DNA of 47,354 nucleotides from a virus (lineage: Duplodnaviria > Caudoviricetes): positions 1 to 47,354 of IMG/VR virus record IMGVR_UViG_3300009157_000025, one strand, 5' to 3'. Every line of letters begins with the position of its first letter. The stretch's first letter is position 1. The position numbers were made by a program, and so were the translations under genes. The notes under the pieces are model-generated. The model made no database searches, was not told the DNA's origin, and saw only the letters and a list, made by a program, of their open reading frames with translations. Positions 8,738 through 16,860 of the stretch are shown here, piece after piece.

Positions 8738-8871
8738 CTACCACTCATCTTGTCTCTCTGAGTACTTCGGTCGCCTATTGTACAAGCAGTCGGCGGATAT
8801 AGCGTAGGTACAATACGGGGGGAGTGGTAGTAGGCCGGTCTATCAATACTTAACAGTACGGTAGGCCGGCC
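8738..8871 (+). ncRNA. structured intergenic RNA candidate 2 (two adjacent stem-loops)
   Basis: CTACCACTC/GAGTGGTAG (8738-8746/8822-8830); TATTGTAC/GTACAATA (8776-8783/8808-8815); 12-bp hairpin 8833-8844/8860-8871. Confidence 0.5.
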
Positions 8872-8920
8872 GCCTTATATTAGTTAGTCTATAAATGTAG
8901 TAATTGTCGGCGGTGATCAA

Positions 8921-9196
8921 ATGGCATTAGATGACGTTAAATATCCCTTTGGTGATAAGAGGATTGAAGGTAAGGTAATCGTAGTTAATAAAAAAGGATT
9001 CGGATTCATCAGTACGAAAGATGTTCCGTTTACCCGTGTTTATTTCCACTGGACTAATCTGGTTCCTCAAACAATTAACTTTGCAGAGATTAAGAGGAAT
9101 GATCCAGTAGACTTCATTCTTGAAAAGAAGATTGATGGTACTTATAAAGCTATCAAGATTGATATTCTCGAAAGAGAGAATGTAAAAAGTGAGTGA
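8921..9196 (+). CDS. cold-shock domain protein
   Basis: RNP1 KGFGFI and RNP2 VYFHW motifs. Confidence 0.85.
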   Translation: MALDDVKYPFGDKRIEGKVIVVNKKGFGFISTKDVPFTRVYFHWTNLVPQTINFAEIKRNDPVDFILEKKIDGTYKAIKIDILERENVKSE

Positions 9197-10913
9197 TCAT
9201 TATGTCCCAGGAATGGGATTCAATGGTGCTAAGATTATGTTATTGGGGGAATCTCCGTCCCTAAATGATGTAAAGCGTGGTCGCCCTATGTCCGATACTA
9301 GGGACTTAGATGACCTACTTAAATCAGCGGGAATTATTAAAGGTGATTGCTGGTTAAGTACTGTATTCAAATATCCAGTCCCTCCTAGTCCAACTAAAAA
9401 GAAGATTCCAGCATTCGTACGTGCGGAACAGGCTGGATTAGATATCAGGCAATCTCTATTTGAACTTCAGAATGAGATTAATGATGTTAAGCCCAACGTT
9501 ATTATCGGATTAGGTGGAACAGCCTTTTGGGCATTAACAGGTATCCGTCCTAAGAGTAAGAAAAAGAAGAGTGACTCAGATAAAATAGCATTACCCCAAG
9601 GTGGTATCACAGATTATCGTGGTTCCATTATGATGGGTATGGGGCGTAAGGTTGTATGCACTTATAATCCCGCGCAGTTGAATTGGAACGCGCCTGATAT
9701 TGAGTTTATGGGTCACTGGAATAGACAGATTATTCTAGCTGACCTACGTAGGGGCAGAATGGAATCTGCCACTGCTAATTTTGATTTACCCGTTCGTACT
9801 ATTGAAATCTGCCGTTCACTAGAGGACATTAGACGATTCCGTGGACAGTACATCAATAAAGTAGCTGTAGCCGTAGATATTGAAGCAGGTGGTCATTTCC
9901 TTCCTGCATGTATTGGTTTTGCGTTTACTAGAACTCACGCAATGGTAGTTCCATTGTGGAATATTAATGAGTTTAAGCACATCTCTGATATTGAAATGTG
10001 TATGATCTGGAAAGAAGTAGCTGAGATTCTTTATGAAAAAGAAATCGTGGGCCAGAACTTCAATTACGATCGCGACAAAATTCGAAGAATCGGATTCCGT
10101 ATACGCAAACTCCGATCAGATATCATGCTTAAGTGCCACGCGATCAATCCAGAACTTCCTAAATCGCTCTCTTTCAATGCCTCTATATATACGCGTGAAC
10201 CGTTCTACAAAAACGAAGGAATGTACCACGGTACATTTAACGATTTACTTATCGGATGTGGCAGAGATTGTTGCGTTACGAAAGAAATTGATGAAGCTAC
10301 AGAGACCGAGCTGGACGAAATTGGTCAGCACAATTATTTCTACAATTTCATGATGAAGTGGCCTGAACTCTATCTTAGGATGGAGAATACAGGTCTTAAG
10401 ATTGATTACACTAAGAGAGATCAGCTACTTGAGAAGTATGTAGCCTGGAGTGAAAGACTTCAGTATGAAATGTTCCAGTTAACCGGAGATGATGTTAATG
10501 TTAACTCTCCCAAACAAGTCTCGATTCTCTTATTCGAAGTACTTAAATGTCCACGTCGTAACGGTACGTCTGAGGAAGAACTCACGTCTTTACTTAACTT
10601 ACAATCCTTCACCGATCCGACTAAACGTGCCATTGTTGAGAAAATTCTTGAGAAAAGACGGGTGGATAAATCTATTGGAACTTACCTTATGGCGCTTCCG
10701 GATTACGATGGTCGTATGAAAACTACATACTTCCCTTGTCTGGATACGGGTAGAAGTAAGACGGGTCAACAGGAACCTCCTATCAGACCAGATATTGAGA
10801 TTAGAGATTACGAAGGTAAACTTAAACGAAAGAATTTAGGTACAGCATTCCAGACTATGACCAAACATGGTGATATTGGTCAGGATATTAGGAGTATGTA
10901 TGTGCCCGGTTAA
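9189..10913 (+). CDS. polA: family A DNA polymerase, N-terminal part: UDG-like domain, 3'-5' exonuclease, thumb
   Basis: GESP..ND...GRP (UDG family 4-like), TYNPA; ExoI VDIE, ExoII GQNFNYD; NVNSPKQV; DTGR; ends IRSMYVPG just before motif A. Confidence 0.9.
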   Translation: MSDHYVPGMGFNGAKIMLLGESPSLNDVKRGRPMSDTRDLDDLLKSAGIIKGDCWLSTVFKYPVPPSPTKKKIPAFVRAEQAGLDIRQSLFELQNEINDVKPNVIIGLGGTAFWALTGIRPKSKKKKSDSDKIALPQGGITDYRGSIMMGMGRKVVCTYNPAQLNWNAPDIEFMGHWNRQIILADLRRGRMESATANFDLPVRTIEICRSLEDIRRFRGQYINKVAVAVDIEAGGHFLPACIGFAFTRTHAMVVPLWNINEFKHISDIEMCMIWKEVAEILYEKEIVGQNFNYDRDKIRRIGFRIRKLRSDIMLKCHAINPELPKSLSFNASIYTREPFYKNEGMYHGTFNDLLIGCGRDCCVTKEIDEATETELDEIGQHNYFYNFMMKWPELYLRMENTGLKIDYTKRDQLLEKYVAWSERLQYEMFQLTGDDVNVNSPKQVSILLFEVLKCPRRNGTSEEELTSLLNLQSFTDPTKRAIVEKILEKRRVDKSIGTYLMALPDYDGRMKTTYFPCLDTGRSKTGQQEPPIRPDIEIRDYEGKLKRKNLGTAFQTMTKHGDIGQDIRSMYVPG

Positions 10914-11022
10914 ATATGTTTGTCTTGCATGTAAGAGAAGTTGGACAGCTTCTAACCGAAGATATGGTATGTGCCCTTTTTGTAATAGTAGATTAATTGA
11001 ACATACAGTTCCAGAGGAATAA
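10900..11022 (+). CDS. 40-aa zinc-ribbon protein inside the polA gap
   Basis: Translated by hand: MCPVKYVCLACKRSW...MCPFCNS; AGGAG SD at 10890. Confidence 0.65.
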   Translation: MCPVKYVCLACKRSWTASNRRYGMCPFCNSRLIEHTVPEE

Positions 11023-11240
11023 TGTACAAGAATGAGGAACTTCAAAAGTTATTACGTAAGCTATATGAGGCTAATTATCCCCCTACGTTAGAAGTAACTA
11101 TGGAAGAATTATGTCTAGCTGAAGATGTTATTCTTGAACGGTTAAAAAAGGAAGGAAAGCCTACAATTATAGCCGTCGAGGATAAGGGTGTATGGTTTAA
11201 GGGTGTTCAATTACACTTAAGGGATAATAATGTTGATTGA
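11022..11240 (+). CDS. hypothetical protein inside the polA gap
   Basis: ORF track; TAATG coupling; GAGGA SD. Confidence 0.65.
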   Translation: MYKNEELQKLLRKLYEANYPPTLEVTMEELCLAEDVILERLKKEGKPTIIAVEDKGVWFKGVQLHLRDNNVD

Positions 11241-11409
11241 AGTTTACTGCCGTGACTGTGAAGAAATAGATTCCAATGAAGAAGTGGAACAGGTATTAAT
11301 GCCTACACAGGGGGATCTAATGTTTAATCCTGAAACTAGAAGTCAGGCGCAAAACTATGAATGCCCTAAGTGTAGTGCAATTGTTACCATAGTAATTCAT
11401 CCCAATTAA
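11230..11409 (+). CDS. 59-aa zinc-ribbon protein inside the polA gap
   Basis: Translated by hand: MLIEVYCRDC...YECPKC. Confidence 0.65.
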   Translation: MLIEVYCRDCEEIDSNEEVEQVLMPTQGDLMFNPETRSQAQNYECPKCSAIVTIVIHPN

Positions 11410-11410
11410 G

Positions 11411-11644
11411 GTGATTATGAATACTTGTGTAGCCGATGATGCTAATATTGTTAATATTCAGGGTATCCGTTATGTTACATGGGGTGAAGCCACTTCACAG
11501 TATGAACGTGGGTTAAGCCAGCCGTGGTATGTTACTGTAACATATAAGGGTAATCATCAAACATTCAAGTATCGTACTGAAGATCAGGCACGTGCATTCT
11601 TCAGAATGATTCGTGATGCAATGACGGCCAAAAAGAATGGCTGA
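11411..11644 (+). CDS. hypothetical protein inside the polA gap
   Basis: ORF track; AAGGTG SD; stop overlaps start of the polA C-terminal part. Confidence 0.65.
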   Translation: MIMNTCVADDANIVNIQGIRYVTWGEATSQYERGLSQPWYVTVTYKGNHQTFKYRTEDQARAFFRMIRDAMTAKKNG

Positions 11645-12563
11645 TATTTTTGTACAGGCGGATAGTAGTCAGGCAGAAGCGCGTGTTGTATTCCTTCTGG
11701 CCAATGATGAACAAGCATTAAAGGATATAGATGAACACGACTACCATGCTCTCACTGCTTCTTGGTTTTTCGGTGGGACTGAATTTGATTATTCTAAAAA
11801 AGTATTGGGATATGAACACCCAATTAGATTTGCTGGAAAAACTCTTCGGCACGCAGGCCACTTGGGAGCGGGAAAAGGTCGCGCTACTGTTGAGCTTAAC
11901 ACGCAGGCGCGCAAATATAAAATTCCAATAACGATTACTCCGGGGGAGTCTGATAGAGCACTTAAAATCTTTCATGCTAAACAGCCCCGTATTCAAGGGG
12001 TATTCCAGAATGGAATCGTCGAAGCATTAAAGAAGAATCGTACACTTATTGCCGGTATGCCATTCGGATTCGACTGTGAGACGGGCGGCCGTCGTACATT
12101 TTTTGAGAGGTTTGGAGATGACCTATTCCGAATGGCTTTTAGTTATATACCCCAGCGTAGTGTATCTGATAATACTAAAGCTGCTGGTATTCGAATCCTT
12201 AGAATCATCGAAGATATACAAATTATTATGGAAAGTCATGATGCTCTCCTTTTTTGCTTTGATGACAAATATCTTGATAGTTATTGCCCTGTTATTAAAA
12301 GGGAAATGGAAAGGCCTATAAGTTTTGCTAACTGTAGTCTCCCACGTCGTATGTTGAAGATACCTTGTGATATTGAAATCGGTTACAATTATCAAGACTT
12401 GAATAAATATAAGCAAGTTAAAGCATTAGAGACTCCATTAGAACTTGAGGTAGCTAAGGATACTTCATTCCTAGTAGAGTCAATTTATGGAGATACACAC
12501 CTTGAAAAGAGAATTTCGGAGAGTGCAGAATGGAAGAAAGAGCGGAACTTTCTTATCGACTAG
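11637..12563 (+). CDS. polA: family A DNA polymerase, C-terminal part (motifs A, B, C)
   Basis: ADSSQAEARV (A), RFAGKTLRHAGHLG (B), SYIPQ, ESHDALLF (C), IPCDIEIGYN. Confidence 0.9.
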   Translation: MADIFVQADSSQAEARVVFLLANDEQALKDIDEHDYHALTASWFFGGTEFDYSKKVLGYEHPIRFAGKTLRHAGHLGAGKGRATVELNTQARKYKIPITITPGESDRALKIFHAKQPRIQGVFQNGIVEALKKNRTLIAGMPFGFDCETGGRRTFFERFGDDLFRMAFSYIPQRSVSDNTKAAGIRILRIIEDIQIIMESHDALLFCFDDKYLDSYCPVIKREMERPISFANCSLPRRMLKIPCDIEIGYNYQDLNKYKQVKALETPLELEVAKDTSFLVESIYGDTHLEKRISESAEWKKERNFLID

Positions 12564-12739
12564 CTACTGAAAATGAATACTATGGATTTGAAGGGTATAA
12601 CCTTAAGCCTTATGTAGCTTATTGTCAATATTGTAAGTATCAAGTAACTACGATTCTAGCCGGTGTGAAGTGTGTTAAGTGTGATTCATATTTAATCAAT
12701 CTCATTGTACACAATGACCTGGCTAGATCAAATAGTTAA
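12530..12739 (+). CDS. zinc-ribbon protein
   Basis: CQYC...CVKC; GGAG SD. Confidence 0.55.
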   Translation: MEERAELSYRLATENEYYGFEGYNLKPYVAYCQYCKYQVTTILAGVKCVKCDSYLINLIVHNDLARSNS

Positions 12740-13988
12740 ACAGCATGCGGAATTAGAATCACCTCTTAGTTTCTGGCGATGGGCGGGTATATCAGCTATT
12801 TCAGCGGTCGTTAAAGATAACGTCTACCTGAATAAACAGATATATAAATTATACCCGAATATCTATGTTATGTTACATGCGGATTCTGGACTAAAGAAGG
12901 GTCCACCAATCAGCATGGCGAAGCAACTAGTAACTAAGGTGAATAACACAAGAGTAATCTCTGGACGAAGTAGTATCCAGGGTATTCTAAAGGACATGGG
13001 TACCGCCGTAACCGAAAAGGGTAGTGGAAAAGTAATCTCTGCATCGACCGCATTCATATGTTCAAATGAGTTAACGTCATCTATAGTAGGTGATAAAGTC
13101 GCAGCTGATATTCTAACCGATCTGTATGACAGGTCTTATAATATCGGTCAGTGGCGTAGCCTATTAAAAATGGAATCATTTGAACTTAAGAATCCCACAA
13201 TCACGATGTTGACGGCCACAAATGAAGCACATTCAACTGACTTTTTTGGAGCGAAGGATGTCCAAGGAGGTTACTTCGCTAGAACGTTTATCATACATGA
13301 GTCTCAGCGGAATAAGGTTAATTCCTTATTGGCACCACTCGTTGATCCTCCTGATTACGATAAGTCTGCTCAGTATCTTAAGCAGTTGGGAGAGCTTAAG
13401 GGAGGATTTCAGGAGTTGGCGTCACTTCAGAAAGATGATATATATTCGATCGCTGGAAGTGAAAATGGCAGAGACATTTATTACACTGCCGCAGGAAAAG
13501 TATACGAAGAATGGTACCATGATTTCATCAGATCCATCGACGACATGGAAGAAAAGGATGAAACAGGTACATTAAATAGGTTCGGGGATTCAGTACTTAA
13601 GGTAGCCATGATACTTAGTTTAGCTGAACATCCACAGTTAATCATAACAGAAGATGCTATGTTAACTGCTATTAAGTATTGTGAGCGTCTTGTAGGTAAT
13701 ATACGCAAGACTACAATGGGCCGTAAGGGACTGAGTATGTCAGCCGCACTTAAGGGGAAAATTATTAACGAACTCTTACACCGTCCAGGCCACAGTATTA
13801 GTCAACAGATGTTGATGAAAAAGATGTGGATGGACTACGCATCACTAAATGAATTCGTAGATGTAATGAATTCCTTTGAAGGTGCAGGGATTATTAGAGG
13901 TAAGAGTATTGGTAATCAAGTAGTATATGAAATGGTACCCGTTGAAGTTGAGAAATTACAACGCTTCTTAGAGGGGAAGAATAAATGA
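12714..13988 (+). CDS. DUF3987-like P-loop helicase (probable replicative helicase), C-terminal winged helix
   Basis: ESP..F..W; YPNIYVML.ADSGLKKG (degenerate Walker A); LTDLYD; GGYFARTFII. Confidence 0.75.
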   Translation: MTWLDQIVKQHAELESPLSFWRWAGISAISAVVKDNVYLNKQIYKLYPNIYVMLHADSGLKKGPPISMAKQLVTKVNNTRVISGRSSIQGILKDMGTAVTEKGSGKVISASTAFICSNELTSSIVGDKVAADILTDLYDRSYNIGQWRSLLKMESFELKNPTITMLTATNEAHSTDFFGAKDVQGGYFARTFIIHESQRNKVNSLLAPLVDPPDYDKSAQYLKQLGELKGGFQELASLQKDDIYSIAGSENGRDIYYTAAGKVYEEWYHDFIRSIDDMEEKDETGTLNRFGDSVLKVAMILSLAEHPQLIITEDAMLTAIKYCERLVGNIRKTTMGRKGLSMSAALKGKIINELLHRPGHSISQQMLMKKMWMDYASLNEFVDVMNSFEGAGIIRGKSIGNQVVYEMVPVEVEKLQRFLEGKNK

Positions 13989-14104
13989 TAGAAATTCATG
14001 TGGCATGGTATCACATTTTATCTTTAGTTATTGGTTGGATTATTGGTGATGTTATTGGTTCTTTAATAACTGATCAGATCAGAGCTAACCGAAAGGGTAA
14101 ATAA
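13985..14104 (+). CDS. 39-aa single-pass membrane protein
   Basis: Translated by hand: MIEIHVAWYHILSLVIGWIIGDVIGSLITDQIRANRKGK; GAGGGG SD. Confidence 0.55.
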   Translation: MIEIHVAWYHILSLVIGWIIGDVIGSLITDQIRANRKGK

Positions 14105-14105
14105 G

Positions 14106-15716
14106 ATGCCAAGGATGAATAATCGCTGGGAATACGTAATGGGTATTGGGGGTATTCAAGGTTCTATCCTTGGAAATCTTATCCCTGACTCCTATGGTCC
14201 TTATTATTATAATGATGATGATATATTCTATCCCCGACCTTCTGATAATAAACTTATTGTACAGAATGTAGCTACTGGAATTAAGAGAGTAGTTTCTAGT
14301 ATCCCCGCTAATAGTTATAAAGCGAATGGTAATAACTGGGCAACATGGACCAATCCATCCAGTATTCCGGGTACAGGATTAATTGCATCTAACTTTCATT
14401 TAGTAGATGCGGGTCTATTAGACATTGGGCCGGACGGCGCCGTGGGATTTACTTCATCCTATCAAGTGGGATTAGGATGTGATGTAATTGAATTGTCCGG
14501 TGAACGTTGGATGCTTTCTCTTAGTGGAGTAATCTGGGATCTTCAGTTACTTGGTAACAAGAAAGCAATTTGGAGAGATGCAGAATTTAAGATTCAGACT
14601 TTTGGTATTCCATCCTGTGTTCAAGTTGGTAGAGCATTTAAGCCGAAAGCAGTATTTACTAATGGTGAATGGTGGGTATCTTATTGGTCTACATCTAGAG
14701 GATTGATTTTACATCCGTTCAATTCCACTAAGGGATATGTAATCCATGATGGGGATGCTTTCAATAATGTGGCTAATGCTAACGGTCCATTTATAAATGT
14801 TGCATGGTCTGTTACAGAAGGTGAAGGGCCACAAGATTATAGAAATATGACTTTTAATATTGATACTGCTCCTAGACATGAATTAGGTGGGAGCGCGCCT
14901 GTACCTGTACCGGAGAATGAAGTTATGATTCCAGCATTTGAACGGCCTATGTGGATGGCTCCATTCTTCTCGTACCATACGAGATATGGAGATACTAATC
15001 CTGAAGTGTATACTGGTAATTCTATCATTCAGTTAAAGGATGATACTAATCCGGGTAGATTTCCAGGGTTTGGTATGCCTCTTATTGTTGAATTAGATTC
15101 ACCACAATGGGATCCTAATTTGTGTGTAGCTTATTGGGTGTCAGGCGCGCATGTTAATAGTTTACAGGGTGAAGTTAATCGGGCATTAGCATTACCAGAG
15201 AAGCCGGTCATTGGATATCTTGATAGTAGGGATTGGCCTGATGTTAATCCGTTTACATCGGATCGCGTATGGCCTGGTATTCAGTGTTATCGTGGTGGAA
15301 ATGAATCTTTGAATGATTTTGAAGATGCCATGATTGCTGTATTTGATAAGGTTAGAAATTATGGACTACCAATAGTATTAGTTGATAGATTCGATGACTA
15401 TAATGGTTCATCTACTATCGATAGAACTATTGAATGTATGCCCTTTTATGAACTTTTAATGAGGGAGTATCCAATTGTTGCGCACTTACCTTTCGCTGAC
15501 CGTCGTGGTAACGGTATTGCTTCTAATCCTAGACTATGGGATTGGGCTAGAGCATTTCAATATGCGATTCCTTTTGGCCGTCCTAATCGCTTTGATTACT
15601 GGCGTCCTTCTGGTTTATCCAACAAGGAAATTTTAGAGAATAAGTTTGGGCAAACACGAGCATCTATTGTTTTGGAACCTTATCTCCGAGCGGATATCCT
15701 ACGGAGGTATCTTTGA
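14106..15716 (+). CDS. 536-aa multidomain protein (beta-rich N-terminus, PVPVP linker, possible glycoside-hydrolase-like domain); short product of the frameshift gene
   Basis: ORF track; ends at CTT TGA C; fold assignments are inference. Confidence 0.75.
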   Translation: MPRMNNRWEYVMGIGGIQGSILGNLIPDSYGPYYYNDDDIFYPRPSDNKLIVQNVATGIKRVVSSIPANSYKANGNNWATWTNPSSIPGTGLIASNFHLVDAGLLDIGPDGAVGFTSSYQVGLGCDVIELSGERWMLSLSGVIWDLQLLGNKKAIWRDAEFKIQTFGIPSCVQVGRAFKPKAVFTNGEWWVSYWSTSRGLILHPFNSTKGYVIHDGDAFNNVANANGPFINVAWSVTEGEGPQDYRNMTFNIDTAPRHELGGSAPVPVPENEVMIPAFERPMWMAPFFSYHTRYGDTNPEVYTGNSIIQLKDDTNPGRFPGFGMPLIVELDSPQWDPNLCVAYWVSGAHVNSLQGEVNRALALPEKPVIGYLDSRDWPDVNPFTSDRVWPGIQCYRGGNESLNDFEDAMIAVFDKVRNYGLPIVLVDRFDDYNGSSTIDRTIECMPFYELLMREYPIVAHLPFADRRGNGIASNPRLWDWARAFQYAIPFGRPNRFDYWRPSGLSNKEILENKFGQTRASIVLEPYLRADILRRYL

Positions 15717-15717
15717 C
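15703..15717 (+). promoter_or_regulatory. prfB (RF2)-type programmed +1 ribosomal frameshift site
   Basis: GGAGG TAT CTT TGA C: internal SD 3 nt before CUU, UGA-C stop; +1 frame open to 16068. Confidence 0.85.
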
Positions 15718-16068
15718 CCCCCTACTACAGAATGGCCCAATTTATTGCTGCGTTTAGATATGGAGCGTAGTAAGTATCCAGTATTAATGACAGCTAATGA
15801 GTGTGTAGAGATGCTTAATGCTGTAGCTAAGGGTGAAGGTAATGGCTGGGGATTACTAAAGAAGGAAGGTGGTAATCATGGTATTCAGCCGGTTACTGGT
15901 ATTGGATGTTCAGTAGATTGGTTACTTAATAAAGACTTAAAGTTAGGTACTGATTGTTTGATTGATGGTGGTAATTCCACTACTGGTAAGCCAGGAATAT
16001 CTAAACCTACATGGCCTGAACATGGTGAGGAATGGGCTTCGGGATTTGAATTTGTAGAACCTGTATAA
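15715..16068 (+). CDS. 117-aa C-terminal extension reached by +1 frameshift (fusion 653 aa)
   Basis: +1 frame reads DPPTTEWPNLL...WGLLKKEGGN...CSVDW...DCLIDGG...P.W; no convincing independent SD/start. Confidence 0.75.
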   Translation, partial: DPPTTEWPNLLLRLDMERSKYPVLMTANECVEMLNAVAKGEGNGWGLLKKEGGNHGIQPVTGIGCSVDWLLNKDLKLGTDCLIDGGNSTTGKPGISKPTWPEHGEEWASGFEFVEPV

Positions 16069-16076
16069 TTTTAATA

Positions 16077-16163
16077 GCCCCTATGGTGAAACTGGCAGAC
16101 ACAACGGACTTAAAATCCGTCTATCGAAAGATAATCTCGGTTCGACTCCGAGTAGGGGCACCA
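16077..16163 (+). tRNA. trnL: tRNA-Leu(UAA)
   Basis: GCCCCTA/TAGGGGC acceptor stem, ACGGA-CTTAAAA-TCCGT anticodon arm, long variable arm, GTTCGACTC T-loop, encoded CCA. Confidence 0.97.
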
Positions 16164-16168
16164 CTTAT

Positions 16169-16369
16169 ATGATTACTATTGTATTAAAAAACGGATTTGT
16201 TAGTAAATATTATGGTCAAATTGAAATATCAATTATTGACCCTACACTGCATATAGAGGCTCATAGCTCCTATCCTCCTAATATAGGTGATGATGAACTA
16301 ATGACATGGAGTACAGATACTTATGATTGGTTCTATATTGAAGATATCCAATTAATAAAGGGACAATAA
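16169..16369 (+). CDS. hypothetical protein
   Basis: ORF track. Confidence 0.5.
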   Translation: MITIVLKNGFVSKYYGQIEISIIDPTLHIEAHSSYPPNIGDDELMTWSTDTYDWFYIEDIQLIKGQ

Positions 16370-16370
16370 G

Positions 16371-16571
16371 ATGGCACAATATTACGAATGCGACCGTTGT
16401 AAATCTAAATCAGCAAACTCAGAACATACCACTAATGTAACTCTACCTGAAGATGCAGATAGGTCTAAGTATAATACTTATAAACGAGATTTATGTTCCT
16501 CTTGCTGTAAACAATTAAAAATTTGGATCAGTGATGGAGTACCAGGTGTTGGTAAGGAAACCACTATGTAA
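16371..16571 (+). CDS. zinc-finger protein
   Basis: CDRC...DLCSSC, common in small phage proteins. Confidence 0.7.
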   Translation: MAQYYECDRCKSKSANSEHTTNVTLPEDADRSKYNTYKRDLCSSCCKQLKIWISDGVPGVGKETTM

Positions 16572-16860
16572 GCATTGTGGTAAGCCCAATAAGACTACGA
16601 GACAGATTTACTGTAGTTCAAAATGCTATACTGATTCTGGTCATCGTAAGGTGATGGGTGCTAAGAATGGTGCTAAGGCATATAGTAAATACTGGCAAGC
16701 ATATGCTGAAGCATTTAAGATGAAATGTGGACATCTACCACATGCATATCAAGTACGTATGCTAATTAAAATTGGTGAAAGACGAGCTTATCGTAGGAAC
16801 TTCCGTGAATCTAAAATTAATAGAGAAGCTGGCAAAATTAGCCAACAACAATCCGAATGA
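16531..16860 (+). CDS. zinc-finger basic protein
   Basis: CKHCG...YCSSKC. Confidence 0.6.
   Translation: MMEYQVLVRKPLCKHCGKPNKTTRQIYCSSKCYTDSGHRKVMGAKNGAKAYSKYWQAYAEAFKMKCGHLPHAYQVRMLIKIGERRAYRRNFRESKINREAGKISQQQSE

Noticed and set aside
8454-8871. Assignment to hammerhead, twister, pistol, SRP or tRNA families
   Set aside because: Core consensus elements (CUGAnGA/GAAA, SRP GNRA-loop domain, cloverleaf) could not be matched by eye; left as unassigned structured RNA.
10911-11639. Group I intron, intein or ribosomal bypass in polA (boundaries ...GGT|TAA and ATG|GCT fit the U/G splice rule)
   Set aside because: The gap is fully occupied by four ordinary coupled ORFs. No P7/catalytic core, homing endonuclease or intein termini were seen, and there is no matching landing codon (in-frame TGA at 11622).
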